Source: Schmidtea nova (Eukaryota). From it: 64,000 nucleotides of DNA. Where the stretch lies: positions 17,298,001 to 17,362,000 of the forward strand of contig CM097884.1 in the NCBI GenBank assembly GCA_044892505.1, in the 5' to 3' direction. Positions 12,215 through 24,298 of this stretch are shown here, piece by piece. The first letter of the stretch is position 1, and every line of letters starts with the position of its first letter. The position numbers and the translations under genes are program-made. Under the pieces are notes generated by a model. That model made no database searches, was not told the DNA's origin, and saw only the letters and a program-made list of their open reading frames with translations.

Positions 12215-14347
12215 CATTATGGAAATNNNNNNNNNNNNNNNNNNNNNNNNNNNNNNNNNNNNNNNNNNNNNNNNNNNNNNNNNNNNNNNNNNNNNNNNNN
12301 NNNNNNNNNNNNNNNNNNNNNNNNNNNNNNNNNNNNNNNNNNNNNNNNNNNNNNNNNNTATCTGTAATAAAATGTTTAGAAAAATTTGAATAAAATATAA
12401 AATATAATTTAGATTTGGAAACATTCAATTAATGTAACTTTAATAAATAATTTTCATTCATTTATTAGAGAAAATTCATTATGAAATGCAATTACGAAAA
12501 CTAGATTCATAGAGTATATTTCACTTAAGTGGTTGATGGAAAAATCATATAATTATTATCATGAAAAAGAATAGTCATATTGTGTGAAAATATAAACTAT
12601 TTATTTCATGTATCTCATCCGAGTTGAAATTATAAACAATATTCAGTCAAACTATATCTATACTAATAAAATATTTATTTTGTTACTAAGTATAAATATA
12701 AAATAATAAAATAATAAAATGTTATAATTACACACATATATATATATATAATTTTATTTTAATTCTCAGTGACAATATAAATATAAATATTTTTTATATG
12801 TTNNNNNNNNNNNNNNNNNNNNNNNNNNNNNNNNNNNNNNNNNNNNNNNNNNNNNNNNNNNNNNNNNNNNNNNNNNNNNNNNNNNNNNNNNNNNNNNNNN
12901 NNNNNNNNNNNNNNNNNNNNNNNNNNNNNNNNTTTCTAATATTTTAGTAATAATATAATAATAACAAAATATTTGTTAGCATTGTATAAAATCGTACAAA
13001 AAATGTGCAAAAATTCAATTGCAATGTATATAAACTCCAGCATTTAATAATCACTGTAAAAATAAATTCACCGTAAAATTATATGAAAATAAAATGCATA
13101 GAAAACAAAGTGCTGATCAAATTCAAAAGTTAACAAATAAAGTGCAAAAAAATTGAGAAAATTAATTTATTAATTTAAAATCAAGGAGGGGTCCTCAGAA
13201 ATAAATATTAAGAAAATACAAATTAATGAAAAAATTATTTAACTAATGTAAAACCAGAGCAATGAGAAATCTCAGTCAAAGGAAGACTCGATCAGTGAGA
13301 GAACCCGAATCTAAAACAAACTAGTCATATTTGTTGATTGAATTCGGCAAACTCAAACTATGTAGGAAACCCGAATCAGAAAACAAGTAATTGAATTTGT
13401 TTAGGATAAATTGAAAACTCAGGAGGTAATAAAAGACAAATTGAAAAATTAAATTAATTGTAGAGAATTTTCAAAAATATAAAAAGGAAATCCTACATTA
13501 CTGTCAAATTGAATTAAGACTCAATCAATTTCAGAAACAGGAGTCACTACATAAAGGAAGGAAAATTTTCTTGATGGTCGAAGAAATGTTTCGTGTAGAA
13601 TTCAGAAATTTCTGAAAGTTAGTATAGTAGACAGTGTAAAGAAGATAGTATCAGGTTATCAAATCAATTGCGCCTACCAGAAAGGACGATCTTCCATTGG
13701 GACGACGTAGTCCAAATAATTTAAAATTGATGGGGGATACTCAAGTATTGGTATTATAAAAATACCATCTAATTAACTAATTAACTAATTAATCTAAAAT
13801 TTGTTAATAATTTTATGGGAAAACAATTATTCTTAAATTCGGTAGGCACGAAAGCGACCTGCCAGAGTGCGGTTCAATAGTGGAAAGGATAATTGTGTTA
13901 TTTAGACCAGCAAATGGATAATTAAACAGCTGTAATGAATCGACATTAAAACCGATCTTGTTGTGCCAATTCTGTCTATTTATTGGGACTTAATCAGCAA
14001 TTGGGTTTCAAACGGTTTAAAAACTGGAACAATGATCAAAGTGACAAGAAATCACTATGTGACAAAAAAGAAAAGTTTTTATCAACATAATTGGGGGAAT
14101 TTGCATTAGAGAAAAAGTTGCTACTTTCCCCAGGCATCAACCTCTTCAATATATTATCTTAGGTATACTTTTGTTATAAAGAAATAAAGGTTCTTATTCC
14201 TTGACTTGTGAATTAGAATTGTTTGCGTCAAAGGGATGTGTGTAGTCAATTTGATGTCGAATTCCACCAATACAAATAATGACAAATTTAGTCGTTGTAT
14301 GCGTAGAAACAAATTTAAAGGATAAAATGTATTTCTTTAATGTCTTA

Positions 14348-14595
14348 TTAACCCCTCTACCGTAGAAAAAAAAGTTTTTGTTAGGCAAACCGTGCATTTC
14401 TTTCTTTCATAATTTGATATGTTATGTTGTCCTGGCAAAATAAAATATTTTTTAAGTGAAAATGAGTTGTCTTTTAGAAATTGTGAGGAAAATAAGAAAA
14501 ACGTGAATTGTCGTACTTTTTTACTCTCGTGATGCAAGGTTAAGCCCAACATTTTTTATGACGAGTTAACTCGTGACACGCGGTAAAGGGGTTAA
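14348..14595. mobile_element. piggyBac-type MITE (TTAA-flanked)
   Basis: TTAA|CCCCTCTACCG (14352) ... CGGTAAAGGGG|TTAA (14591): 11-bp TIR with 1 mismatch, TTAA at both ends, no ORF. Confidence 0.7.
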
Positions 14596-16036
14596 AAAAG
14601 TTTACACAGAAAACCAAAAGAATTATTGCATCAGTTAAGCTTAATGATAATATTGTACTAATAAAATCACCTCAAAAACAGTTTGGATGGGTCCGTAATA
14701 GGTCTGAAATGTTTATCAAAACAATAAAAGGCAATTTCTTTTAAATTAGAATAATAAAACAGTCGATGTCAAAATTTAATGTTTAGTTTGAGTCTATTAT
14801 TATTAAAATTAAAATATTATTAAAACAACTAATGTTAATTAAATCAGGTAGGGCTTGTAAGTTCATATCTTACTTAATTTGCATTTTTCATTGAAAAATT
14901 ATAACCAAAAGAAATGAATTTACTTTAAAAATTTATAAAAGATCATCATCTCTTTTGGTGTATAAAATTTCATTTTTCATAACTAAAATGTCATTTAAAT
15001 TCTCATTTTCTTTCGATTTGGACTTGCTCAAAGTCAGAAAATGTCAAATAGACGAGAAATATCAACTTTCACATCTCATTTGTGATTGAAATGCAAACTT
15101 GAAACCTTGAAGAAATGATCAAAAGCTAAGATTAAAATAATCCACAGAGAGAGTCTAGAACTTTTCCGATTAGTAGAAAATTGAAAATCTTATATTTAAT
15201 TATTAAAGATGATAATTAAAACAACCGGTAATTATATATATTAAATTTATGTTTTAAATCATTTAATTTATTTTATCTTCTAAAATTTGATTTTATTTCA
15301 ATTTATATTTTCAATAAATATTTTTCTATAACCATTTGCGTTTTATTTAGTCTTCGCCGGAGATAAAAAATCAAAAGAACAGAAAGACGTACAAGTTAAT
15401 TCCAATTTTTTTTATCTTAAATACACTTAAATCATTTTAATACAAAAATTAGAAGGTTAATAAAATTTATTTTAATCTAAAACCAAATAATTTCATTTTT
15501 CTTTATATAAATACATTAGATCAAACATTTTTTAAAAGATTCACGAATTTCCGGCCCAGCAAGTCTCTACACACCGGAAGAAGAAAAAAAAAAGAAAAAA
15601 TGACTACAGAAAATTCGTTTACATTGAAAAACATTTTTAGTTTTTATCTAAAGAATTTAAAATTTCTGAAAAAGAAAAAAACGATAAAAAGAGGAGAAAT
15701 GTTAATGATTTAAAAAAAAAGTTAAATCCTACAAATTTCAACAAATTGGAAAAAAAACTATTTTTAAATTCATTATTTTTTATATTGTTTTATCTTTACA
15801 GTTTGACCATTTGGACCATGAAACATATTTCTACCCATAATATACAGTATTTTATTTGTTATAATAATCTTGAAAACATTGTAAAAATAAAAAATATATA
15901 AACTTATAAAGATAATTCTGTTATAAAATAAATGAATAATTATTCATCATCAGAAGGTAATTTAAAATTTCTGACCTTTCTCGGCGAATCTCCGACTTTA
16001 TGGTGTATGTAATATTACATAACGAGGTGATATTTG

Positions 16037-16040
<4 letters not shown>

Positions 16041-16097
<57 letters not shown>
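16041..16097. repeat. (AT)n microsatellite
   Basis: Directly visible. Confidence 0.95.
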
Positions 16098-16100
<3 letters not shown>

Positions 16101-17460
16101 TGTAATTTCTATTGTTATAGATATGATAATGAAATTAAATATATGTATAAAAGAAATTTGTAAAGTCTAGCAGCATCTCTAGTAAAAAAGGTCGGGACAG
16201 CTTGGATGGGATGTATGTATTTTGAATTTGTTTGTGTCCGTGTGTGCTTGTATATTTACCAAAGATTTGCAATTAACAAGTAACAAATTTGTAACAACAA
16301 AATATAAAAACGATTACTCACGTAGTAATTAGGTACAATTTATATTTAAAGCGATTTTTGGTCATCTTTCTTTCGTGATAAATAATCTTTTTCAATTGTT
16401 TCTTTTGTTTAATTTTTTGTTTAATTTTTTGTTTAATCTTTTTTTATCTTGTTGGCTTAGTTATTTCTCTTAGTTTTATTTTGTTTACCTAATTTTCTTT
16501 AGTCGTCCTGAAATTCCGTTTTTATTTTCAATTTTCGTAGTAAGTAAAATATATTTTTCCCGACTCAAACCAATTCCAAGATTTCAACTGGAAATTAGTT
16601 TTAATTCAATCTTTTTATTTATTTGAGTACTTAATTTTTATTTACAAATAAACATGGTCATTGACGTAGAATCACTTATTGGGATCCATAGACTCTAAGT
16701 ATATTTTGACGACTATAATGAATTACATGAGTATATACTGCAATGAAGTGGCATATTATTTTAGTAGTCTATTTTAATAAAAATAAAAGATTCATTATTT
16801 AAATTTGAAAATATAATTTTTTAATATTAATATTTAATTGTGTTGTATTCTAGAAAAGTAATTCTTAACTTTAGGGCCGTTGATTATTTGGAGCCTGTAA
16901 ATTTTGTTAAAAGGCCATATATAACCGATCTTACAAAATAGTCATTTCGGAAAAAGATTTAGAGAACCTCAAGACATTTTTAAATAAAAATATATTTTTT
17001 AAGATTTCAAAAATATCTAATCGCATTTGATAATTAAAAGATTTTTTATAAAAAGTTTATGAATTTTTGCTTTATTTTTTTTTATAAAAAAATATAATTA
17101 TATTTTAAAATAGACAGAAAAAATTTAATAGCTATTATGCGGAATTGGACTTAAAAATATGAAGAATCACTGTTCGTAATTGTTATTTTTTTAAATAATT
17201 ATTAAAAACAAATTTGTCTTTTACTTTAAAGTATGTTTTGTAGAAATACTTTGTTTGAATAACAGAATAATTGTGGTTTTCTATAAACTTTACTCTTGCG
17301 TAATTCCAGAATCATAATTAAATAAATTCTCAAAGTTTTATCATAATTATATTTAACTTGTGCAAAAAATATACAATTTTTAACTATCATCGAGCTTTGC
17401 TTTATTTCATAAAAATACGTAAAAATAAACATTTTAGAAGTAATAAAGTAGTTCTCTTGT

Positions 17461-17684
17461 TTAACACGTTCGCGGGCTCACGAAATGTGAAGTAGGCTAG
17501 AAAAACACACCGTTTTCGTTGTATTTCTGTAGGGACACACGAATGCTACATGTATGCAAGTTCTAACAAAAATAGCCGTTTCGTCCCTAGTGATAACGTT
17601 TTATCAAGACAACTAGTACCGTTTTATCCCGTCCTAGACAAGCTCCTAGAGCGGTTATAACCGTTTCGTCCGCGAACGCGTTAA
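17461..17684. mobile_element. TTAA-flanked MITE (piggyBac-like)
   Basis: TTAA|CACGTTCGCGGG ... TCCGCGAACGCG|TTAA: imperfect ~12-bp TIR, relatively GC-rich interior. Confidence 0.65.
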
Positions 17685-20385
17685 ATACATTGTACTAAAA
17701 CACTCACATTTTCTTACTATTAAGAATGATTAACTGTTTTGAAGATTAAGGTCATTTACTTTTATACTTTATAATAAACGAGTTCGTTAAAAACATTCAT
17801 TAAAAATCTGGACTGGTATTTATATTTGCTTAACTTGTAAAAGGTTTGAGTCGTCTTACTCCTTAATAAATCTATCCAATAATTTATTTAAATTAGATAT
17901 ACAAAAATTAATTATTGTTTTAATGAAGTGTAATTCTAGACTTTTTTAATTAAACTGTCGAATTCTAATAATAAATAATAAATTAAAAAAAATCTTTCCG
18001 AAAATTAATTAATCGGCTGAGACTGAAAATTTGATATTAAACCAAATTATGTTCAACCAAAATTATTTACTTTTATAAAATTATAATTGTTTTTTCTAAA
18101 TAATTTCAATGAAAAATATGCCAGAAATCTGTTTTTTAAATTTAATTAAATATTTAATTAAATTAAATAATTATTTGTTTTAATCTTCAACACTCATTTC
18201 CATCGATAGATATGTCAAAAAAATATTTACATTTTGTCGCATATTGGCAAAATTAATTAAAATTCAATAATGGGCAATTGCTTTTTTATCTCTTTATTAA
18301 AAATATTTGTAATTAAAATTAAAAAAAATCACATTTTTTGAATTTACAAAAATATACGTGACAAATTATTTTATTTATTTTTAATTTACAATATTTATTT
18401 TTATTATTTAATTTATGAACATGTTGTTTGTTGAATTTTTTATTTCATAAATTAACTTGTTTTAACATTAATTGGTATTATTTTTATTATTTTTATTATT
18501 TAATTTTTTTAAATTTATTTTTTAAAATTTTGTGAAATATTTAGTTTTATATTTAGTTGTTTATACAACCATTTATGGTTTGGTTTAATTTCTTTAATTT
18601 TAATTTGCATAAATAAATTATTATTTTTTCAAACAAATATTTTTATTTAGATTAAAGATAATTTATAAAGTTAGAATGTTAAATCTTGTCTTGATTAGCA
18701 AATTTAATTTTGAATTAAATCAAATGTAAAAATTCTACAACAGATGTCCATGAGTAGATTGATTAAACAATTTGATAGAAATTATAAAATATAATGCAAA
18801 ATATTGTATGTTACTTTCTTTTTAATATTTTATATATCAGTAGCGTATTAAAATAATTTTATCATATATTAACATTGGATTACAATTTTAATTTCTCTTT
18901 AAACACCTTTATAAAAATGACCCTATTTCGTGATTTTTTTTGGGAATTAGATAAATATTTCTTTCAAAATGTTTGAATTTATATACATTTTAAAATAAGC
19001 AAATTTTGATTTAAAATTTTAGTCCCGAAAGAACCATTAAAATAATTTATGTTTAAAATTGAGTTAAATTTATTTTTTATCTCAAAAAAGGAAATTTAAT
19101 TTGATTTACATATGTGAATACGATTAATAAACTTTATTTTATATTTATTAATTTTAATGTGCTTCATAGTATATGTAAGATTATAAAAGATTATTTAATA
19201 AATATAATATTATTTTAATTTTTAAACAAGATATCAAAATAATTTTATACATCACGAATTTTAGGCACTGTTTTTTTACAATTGTTGATAATGAGTTTTC
19301 AATAAAAGATACCACCCAAAAAACTTACTTTATGTTTAGACAAGCTCGACCTCCTTATAACTATTAAATTAACTCAACATATTTTCAAACAAAATTAAAA
19401 GTTTTAAAGTTTAAGATTAAATTATTCTATAATTTATAATTTGTTTGAAAAGCATATTGAGTCGATTTAACAATAATGATAGTGAAATGGTCCAAATTAA
19501 CTGTTGGTTAAAGGGTTGATTTAATTAATTATTATAAATTATTTTTTAGAGCATTGATATTTCAAAAACACAGTTTTGTTGTAATTAAAAAAGCTTAAAT
19601 TTAAAATTACAAAGAAAGCTAAGTAAAGGGATGCATAAAGGTTTGACAAGAATGAATATAGAAAAAAGATGTAAATGATATATGTATACAATATTTTGAG
19701 ACGAATGCATATTTGTATTGGTTTACTTGAAATTTACTGTCAATGTTTACATTTCTTAATAACTTTGTAAATGATTATATTGACAGCCACATTTTGTAAC
19801 TGGAGGTATTAGAACTAAAAGTCAAACATAATCAAGAGAGAGATTCTTATTGGTGCGATTGATCTATGCATTTCTATTGGATAGTTATTCGAATGTAGAA
19901 AGGTTATGAAAAGAATTAGTTGTAACTCTTTGAGAGCTGAATGCCGATTGCAGGATTATTTTTATTTTGAAAAAAAGCTCAAATATAATATCTAAATTTT
20001 ATTATTGAAAAATTTTATTTCCTCAAGCTTTCAAGTTTTAGGATTTTTAATAAAATGCCAAAATAATTTATTTTTATTAGAGTTTATATTTTACCTTTTA
20101 TGAAAAATATTGAGGATGAAATTAAATCTTTTCGAGTAAAATAAATAAAGTTTATAAATAAAAAATAAATTCATTTTTTTAGGACGTCATTGTTTTACTG
20201 AATTAAAAATGAATATTATTTTCAATTTAAAAATTAAAAAATAAAATTAAGAATTTTTTTTGTTGCAAAAATTGATTATATAGATTTTTCATTTTCATTC
20301 AAGCATAGAATGAGCAAATTGAGAAAGTGTTATTTTTCAATTATTATTGATAGCTGAAAATGTGTAAATAACAAATTAATCTAAA

Positions 20386-20387
<2 letters not shown>

Positions 20388-20461
<74 letters not shown>

Positions 20462-20666
20462 TCATAATTATCTTTTTTCACCTTTGATCTTTTTTTATTA
20501 TTATTATCAATAATTCTCATAATGACTATAGATCAAAATTTTTTTTTTATAAACAATAACACAATATTTCGGCACAGCCTTTATCAAGTCTCAGAAATAC
20601 ACACTTGATAAAGGCTGTGCCGAAATATTGTGTTATTGTTTATAAAAAAAAATTTTGATCTATAGT
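20388..20666. repeat. (AAT)n plus inverted dimer of the hammerhead-containing repeat
   Basis: Full left arm, short spacer, reverse-complement arm into a gap; abuts the 3' LTR. Confidence 0.9.
20596..20637 (+). ncRNA. Minimal type I hammerhead-like ribozyme (U3:A8 variant), representative copy
   Basis: Stem I AATA(C)ACAC/GTGTTATT, core TTGATAA plus one extra A, stem II GGC-tgt-GCC, GAAA, palindromic ATAT stem III, putative cleavage triplet AUU (20627-20629). Confidence 0.6.
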
Positions 20667-20847
20667 NNNNNNNNNNNNNNNNNNNNNNNNNNNNNNNNNN
20701 NNNNNNNNNNNNNNNNNNNNNNNNNNNNNNNNNNNNNNNNNNNNNNNNNNNNNNNNNNNNNNNNNNNNNNNNNNNNNNNNNNNNNNNNNNNNNNNNNNNN
20801 NNNNNNNNNNNNNNNNNNNNNNNNNNNNNNNNNNNNNNNNNNNNNNN

Positions 20848-23468
20848 GGTTAAAACAAAATAGTAAATTAAACTAATAATTATTTTTAAACGCTCTAGGG
20901 ATTCCTCCATCCAAAACCTCACATAAAATGCTTACATATCACACGAGCACCCTCGATCATTTCCCTATAATAATCGAGTTGGAAATGTGCAAGGTGTTTG
21001 AACAATGATGGGCAGGTGAGCTCTATTGCTAAAACTACTCCCCATTTATGTTCACGGGTTCGTCTCGCTGCCGATAGAAGGACTTACGCTTAAATTTTAA
21101 TCTATCCGCATCCATTTATCTGTCATCTCAATTATCTCTTTTCGCCCCCTTTCGTTACAATATATTTCAACTTTCAACTTTCTTTCAGCCCCCTTCTTTA
21201 CAATATCAACAAATAATATTTTTACGATATGTTATTTCTTTAATGCTATTATTGTTCATTACTTTGTGTCAATCTTTTATTTATAATCTACCTTTAATTT
21301 AATTTAGAAATCCCTTAATAAAATACTTTAGTTCATATACTTTACAATAAAATAAATACAAAACAAAAATTATTTAATAAGCAAAATTTACAAATCACAA
21401 AATTTCTAATCAAAATATTTAGAAATGTCTTCATCTGATATTGTAAAATTCATGTTCAAATCAATTTCTGGAATGTTGTTTGATCGTTGTGCCAATTGCT
21501 GGAGAACTTGTTTCTTCCAGCGACGCTGACGCGCGCCCATCTTACTCTTCTTTTTCTTTTTGACTTCTGGAATTATTACGTCCTTTGGTGTGATTGAGGC
21601 CGCCGTTGCTTGAACCTGAGATGGTTCCTCTGTGCTTGTTCCTTTTGAGCATCCTGCCTTTTCGTCAGCCCAATGCTGGTAAGTGATTGGTCGAATGAGC
21701 TGGCTGAGCTCTTGAGTTAGATATGATGCCGTTACAGATTTTAGGCATTTCTTTAATTCCATCTTCGTTGCGTCCAATTCCATTTGCAGTTCGCTGTTAG
21801 CTCGCTGTGAGCGTTGAGTTTTGGTGATTTGCATTTTCATTTGGTCTGGACTGAACCAGCTTTTCTTTAGGTTGGAAATTATTCCATCGGCTTCTTTTAT
21901 TTTCTCTGACTTTCGCAGCATTTCCTTTTCCAGGCTGCGAATTATTCTCCAGGCTTTGTCTAATTCGGCTTGATTGGTTGCTGTGTTTGCTGACATTTTC
22001 TAAAATTCAAAATGGTTTATTGACATGAAGTTAGTAGTCTTGATTCGAACGATTCTCATACCTTTGACAATTGGTAATTGTTAATTTAGGAAAAGAAAAT
22101 GATGTACCTATTACGCTTTCAACACTGTCGCTATGTACAGCGATCAGATACATTTATGTCATAATATGTTTTATTTCCACCTGTGCTATATACAGCAATC
22201 AGGTTACAAAATTATTTAAATAAACTAAGATCCGCTGCCCTATGTACAGGGTTCAGGATAAGCAATTATATTTAATTATTTAGGTGGACTGTTTGATCCT
22301 ATAGCCTATTGCTGCTATGTTACTTGCGTAGTAGATCACTACGCTATTAAATTATCGATTTTTATGTTATTGTTAAAATTACATTTTGTACAAATTCTTA
22401 ACCCTGCATCTGCCGCTCTATGCCCACAAACCCCAGATGTGACAATCGAAAAATATAGATTCACTCTCTGTGAATTCGAAAGAAAATCAGGTTAATCAAA
22501 TCGTAGTTACGTCTGTATCCAACTAGAATCAAACTCTATTCAACTATAAACTCATGAAAAACTAAATCGGTTAGAAAATAAAACTTCAACTGGTTATACT
22601 ATCCAGTGAAAAATAGGGTTAAAAATCAGGGTTAAATAAAAATTCCTACCCTCGTCACGGCGCTTTACACCGGTCGGACGGCCTAACTGTACGGAGCAGT
22701 CGTTTCTACTCGGCACAGTATGCCTCCATGTTCCCTATTGCACGGTGAACGGAGCCCCTTAAATCATACGTAATTTTATACTATAAATACGGTATATAGA
22801 TAATATATATTCGCCTCCTTCCACTGATTTCACAGTGGAAGAAGCTTGGTTTAATTCTATACTCGAAAAAAAATTTAAAAATCATATATCATAAAATATT
22901 TTATTAATAATTAACTACAATGGTCAATGACAGATAATCATAAAATTTATAAATTCAATAAACAAAAATACTCATACCTTTCAAGTTCTGTTCAAATATC
23001 TTTCAGTATCAAATAATCACAAGATCATAAAATCATAAAAGCATAAGCATATATTTTAACTGAATCTGGATCAGTATATATACTGATCAGATCAGATCAC
23101 TGACCAATCAGCTTGAAGCTGATGGTCATCAATGCAATTCTATTAAAATCAAAAATCGATTTTATTAATAAATATGATTTGCATTTTCTGGTTTTAATTT
23201 ATCGAATTTTTATTAATTCTTCTTCTTTTTTACTTATTTATTTCGCTTTCTTATTATTTAAATATAATTAAATATCATTTTCTTTAACGTTTTTACATTA
23301 TACATTTATTTTCTTCCAATTTTTTTATATTAAATTAATATTCTTTATTACATTTTAATTCGTTTTTACTGATATTTTCATAATTATATTTATTTTAATT
23401 TATTCTTATTTTCTCTCTTATTATTATTATTTTTTATGCTAAATGTGGACCAAATGGTGGATCCAACA
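20848..23468 (-). repeat. 3' LTR (left end hidden in N gap)
   Basis: Matches 35262-37882; ends ...GGATCCAACA on +. In spot comparison I saw only two substitutions (22629/37043 and 22736/37150). Confidence 0.92.
21406..21996 (-). CDS. LTR-encoded 196-aa coiled-coil protein with basic cluster (3' LTR copy)
   Basis: Intact ORF identical to 35820-36410; contains KKKKKSKMGARQRRWKK; preceded by ttttAG-aaa-ATG. Confidence 0.65.
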   Translation of the reverse strand: MSANTATNQAELDKAWRIIRSLEKEMLRKSEKIKEADGIISNLKKSWFSPDQMKMQITKTQRSQRANSELQMELDATKMELKKCLKSVTASYLTQELSQLIRPITYQHWADEKAGCSKGTSTEEPSQVQATAASITPKDVIIPEVKKKKKSKMGARQRRWKKQVLQQLAQRSNNIPEIDLNMNFTISDEDISKYFD

Positions 23469-23658
23469 TCACTCGGGGACCCCTAAAATTGCGTCCCGCA
23501 ATTAATTATACACTATTACTTATACTCAACATTCATAAAAAATTTTACGTTTGATACATAAGCATAAAGATTCACATAAGGTGAGTTTAGTCTATACGTA
23601 ATCACGAAGAAAATATAGAAAATTCAGAAAATTGTTAATCAAATATTTTGTCACGTCT

Positions 23659-24222
23659 TTATTGTTTATACAAATAGTTCATAACTCGCACTGGATTGGA
23701 CTGGTTCTGTGGAATTGCTGGTAACTCGTATTGGGTTCGTATTCTGTTGAACTGATTTCTCATTTGTCTTCGGGCATTGTCATCGTATGCTGTTGTTTGA
23801 TTGATGATCGATTGTTTTTGTTTTAGGATCTTTATTCTATATACTGCGATGAGAATGGTAATTGCGCAGGTTGTTGTACTAATTGTTAATACGATTATAA
23901 TCGCAACGATCCATCTCTCTTGGTATTGAATTTCTGCTCGATGTAAATTCTTTATAGTTTCTTTACTTTCTTTTAAGGTTTTTCGAATCTTCTCTAATTT
24001 GTTATTGATTTTGCACAGGGTTTGTTGCGTTGATACTGGGTTAGGTGCTGTTGACAATTGAATTTGAGATATTTCTTTGATTGCTTCTTTTAATAGATTA
24101 TCTATTTCTTTATAGATTTTTTCGGGTAAGACTTGTAGGTTTTCTTTTAATATCGGACGGTCTTCTCTTTGTTGGGTGATTTCGATTACGTTTAGGATTA
24201 TTAGTATTACGAGCTTCTTCAT
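23659..24222 (-). CDS. 187-aa putative type I membrane protein (signal-like N-terminus, coiled coil, TM)
   Basis: MKKLVILIILNVI N-terminus, amphipathic middle, TM WIVAIIIVLTISTTTCAITILIAVY followed by RIKILKQK. Last ORF before the 3' LTR. Confidence 0.7.
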   Translation of the reverse strand: MKKLVILIILNVIEITQQREDRPILKENLQVLPEKIYKEIDNLLKEAIKEISQIQLSTAPNPVSTQQTLCKINNKLEKIRKTLKESKETIKNLHRAEIQYQERWIVAIIIVLTISTTTCAITILIAVYRIKILKQKQSIINQTTAYDDNARRQMRNQFNRIRTQYELPAIPQNQSNPVRVMNYLYKQ

Positions 24223-24298
24223 TTCACTTTACAAATTTGTCAATACAGTTTGACATTGTTATGTTACAGATATTTACAAATATTTTTCGCACTTCTTT

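Noticed and set aside
13240-14000. Moderately GC-richer stretch with NCAYQKGRSS resembling non-LTR RT QxAYxxGRST
   Set aside because: A single weak motif with stops in all frames; cannot be supported.
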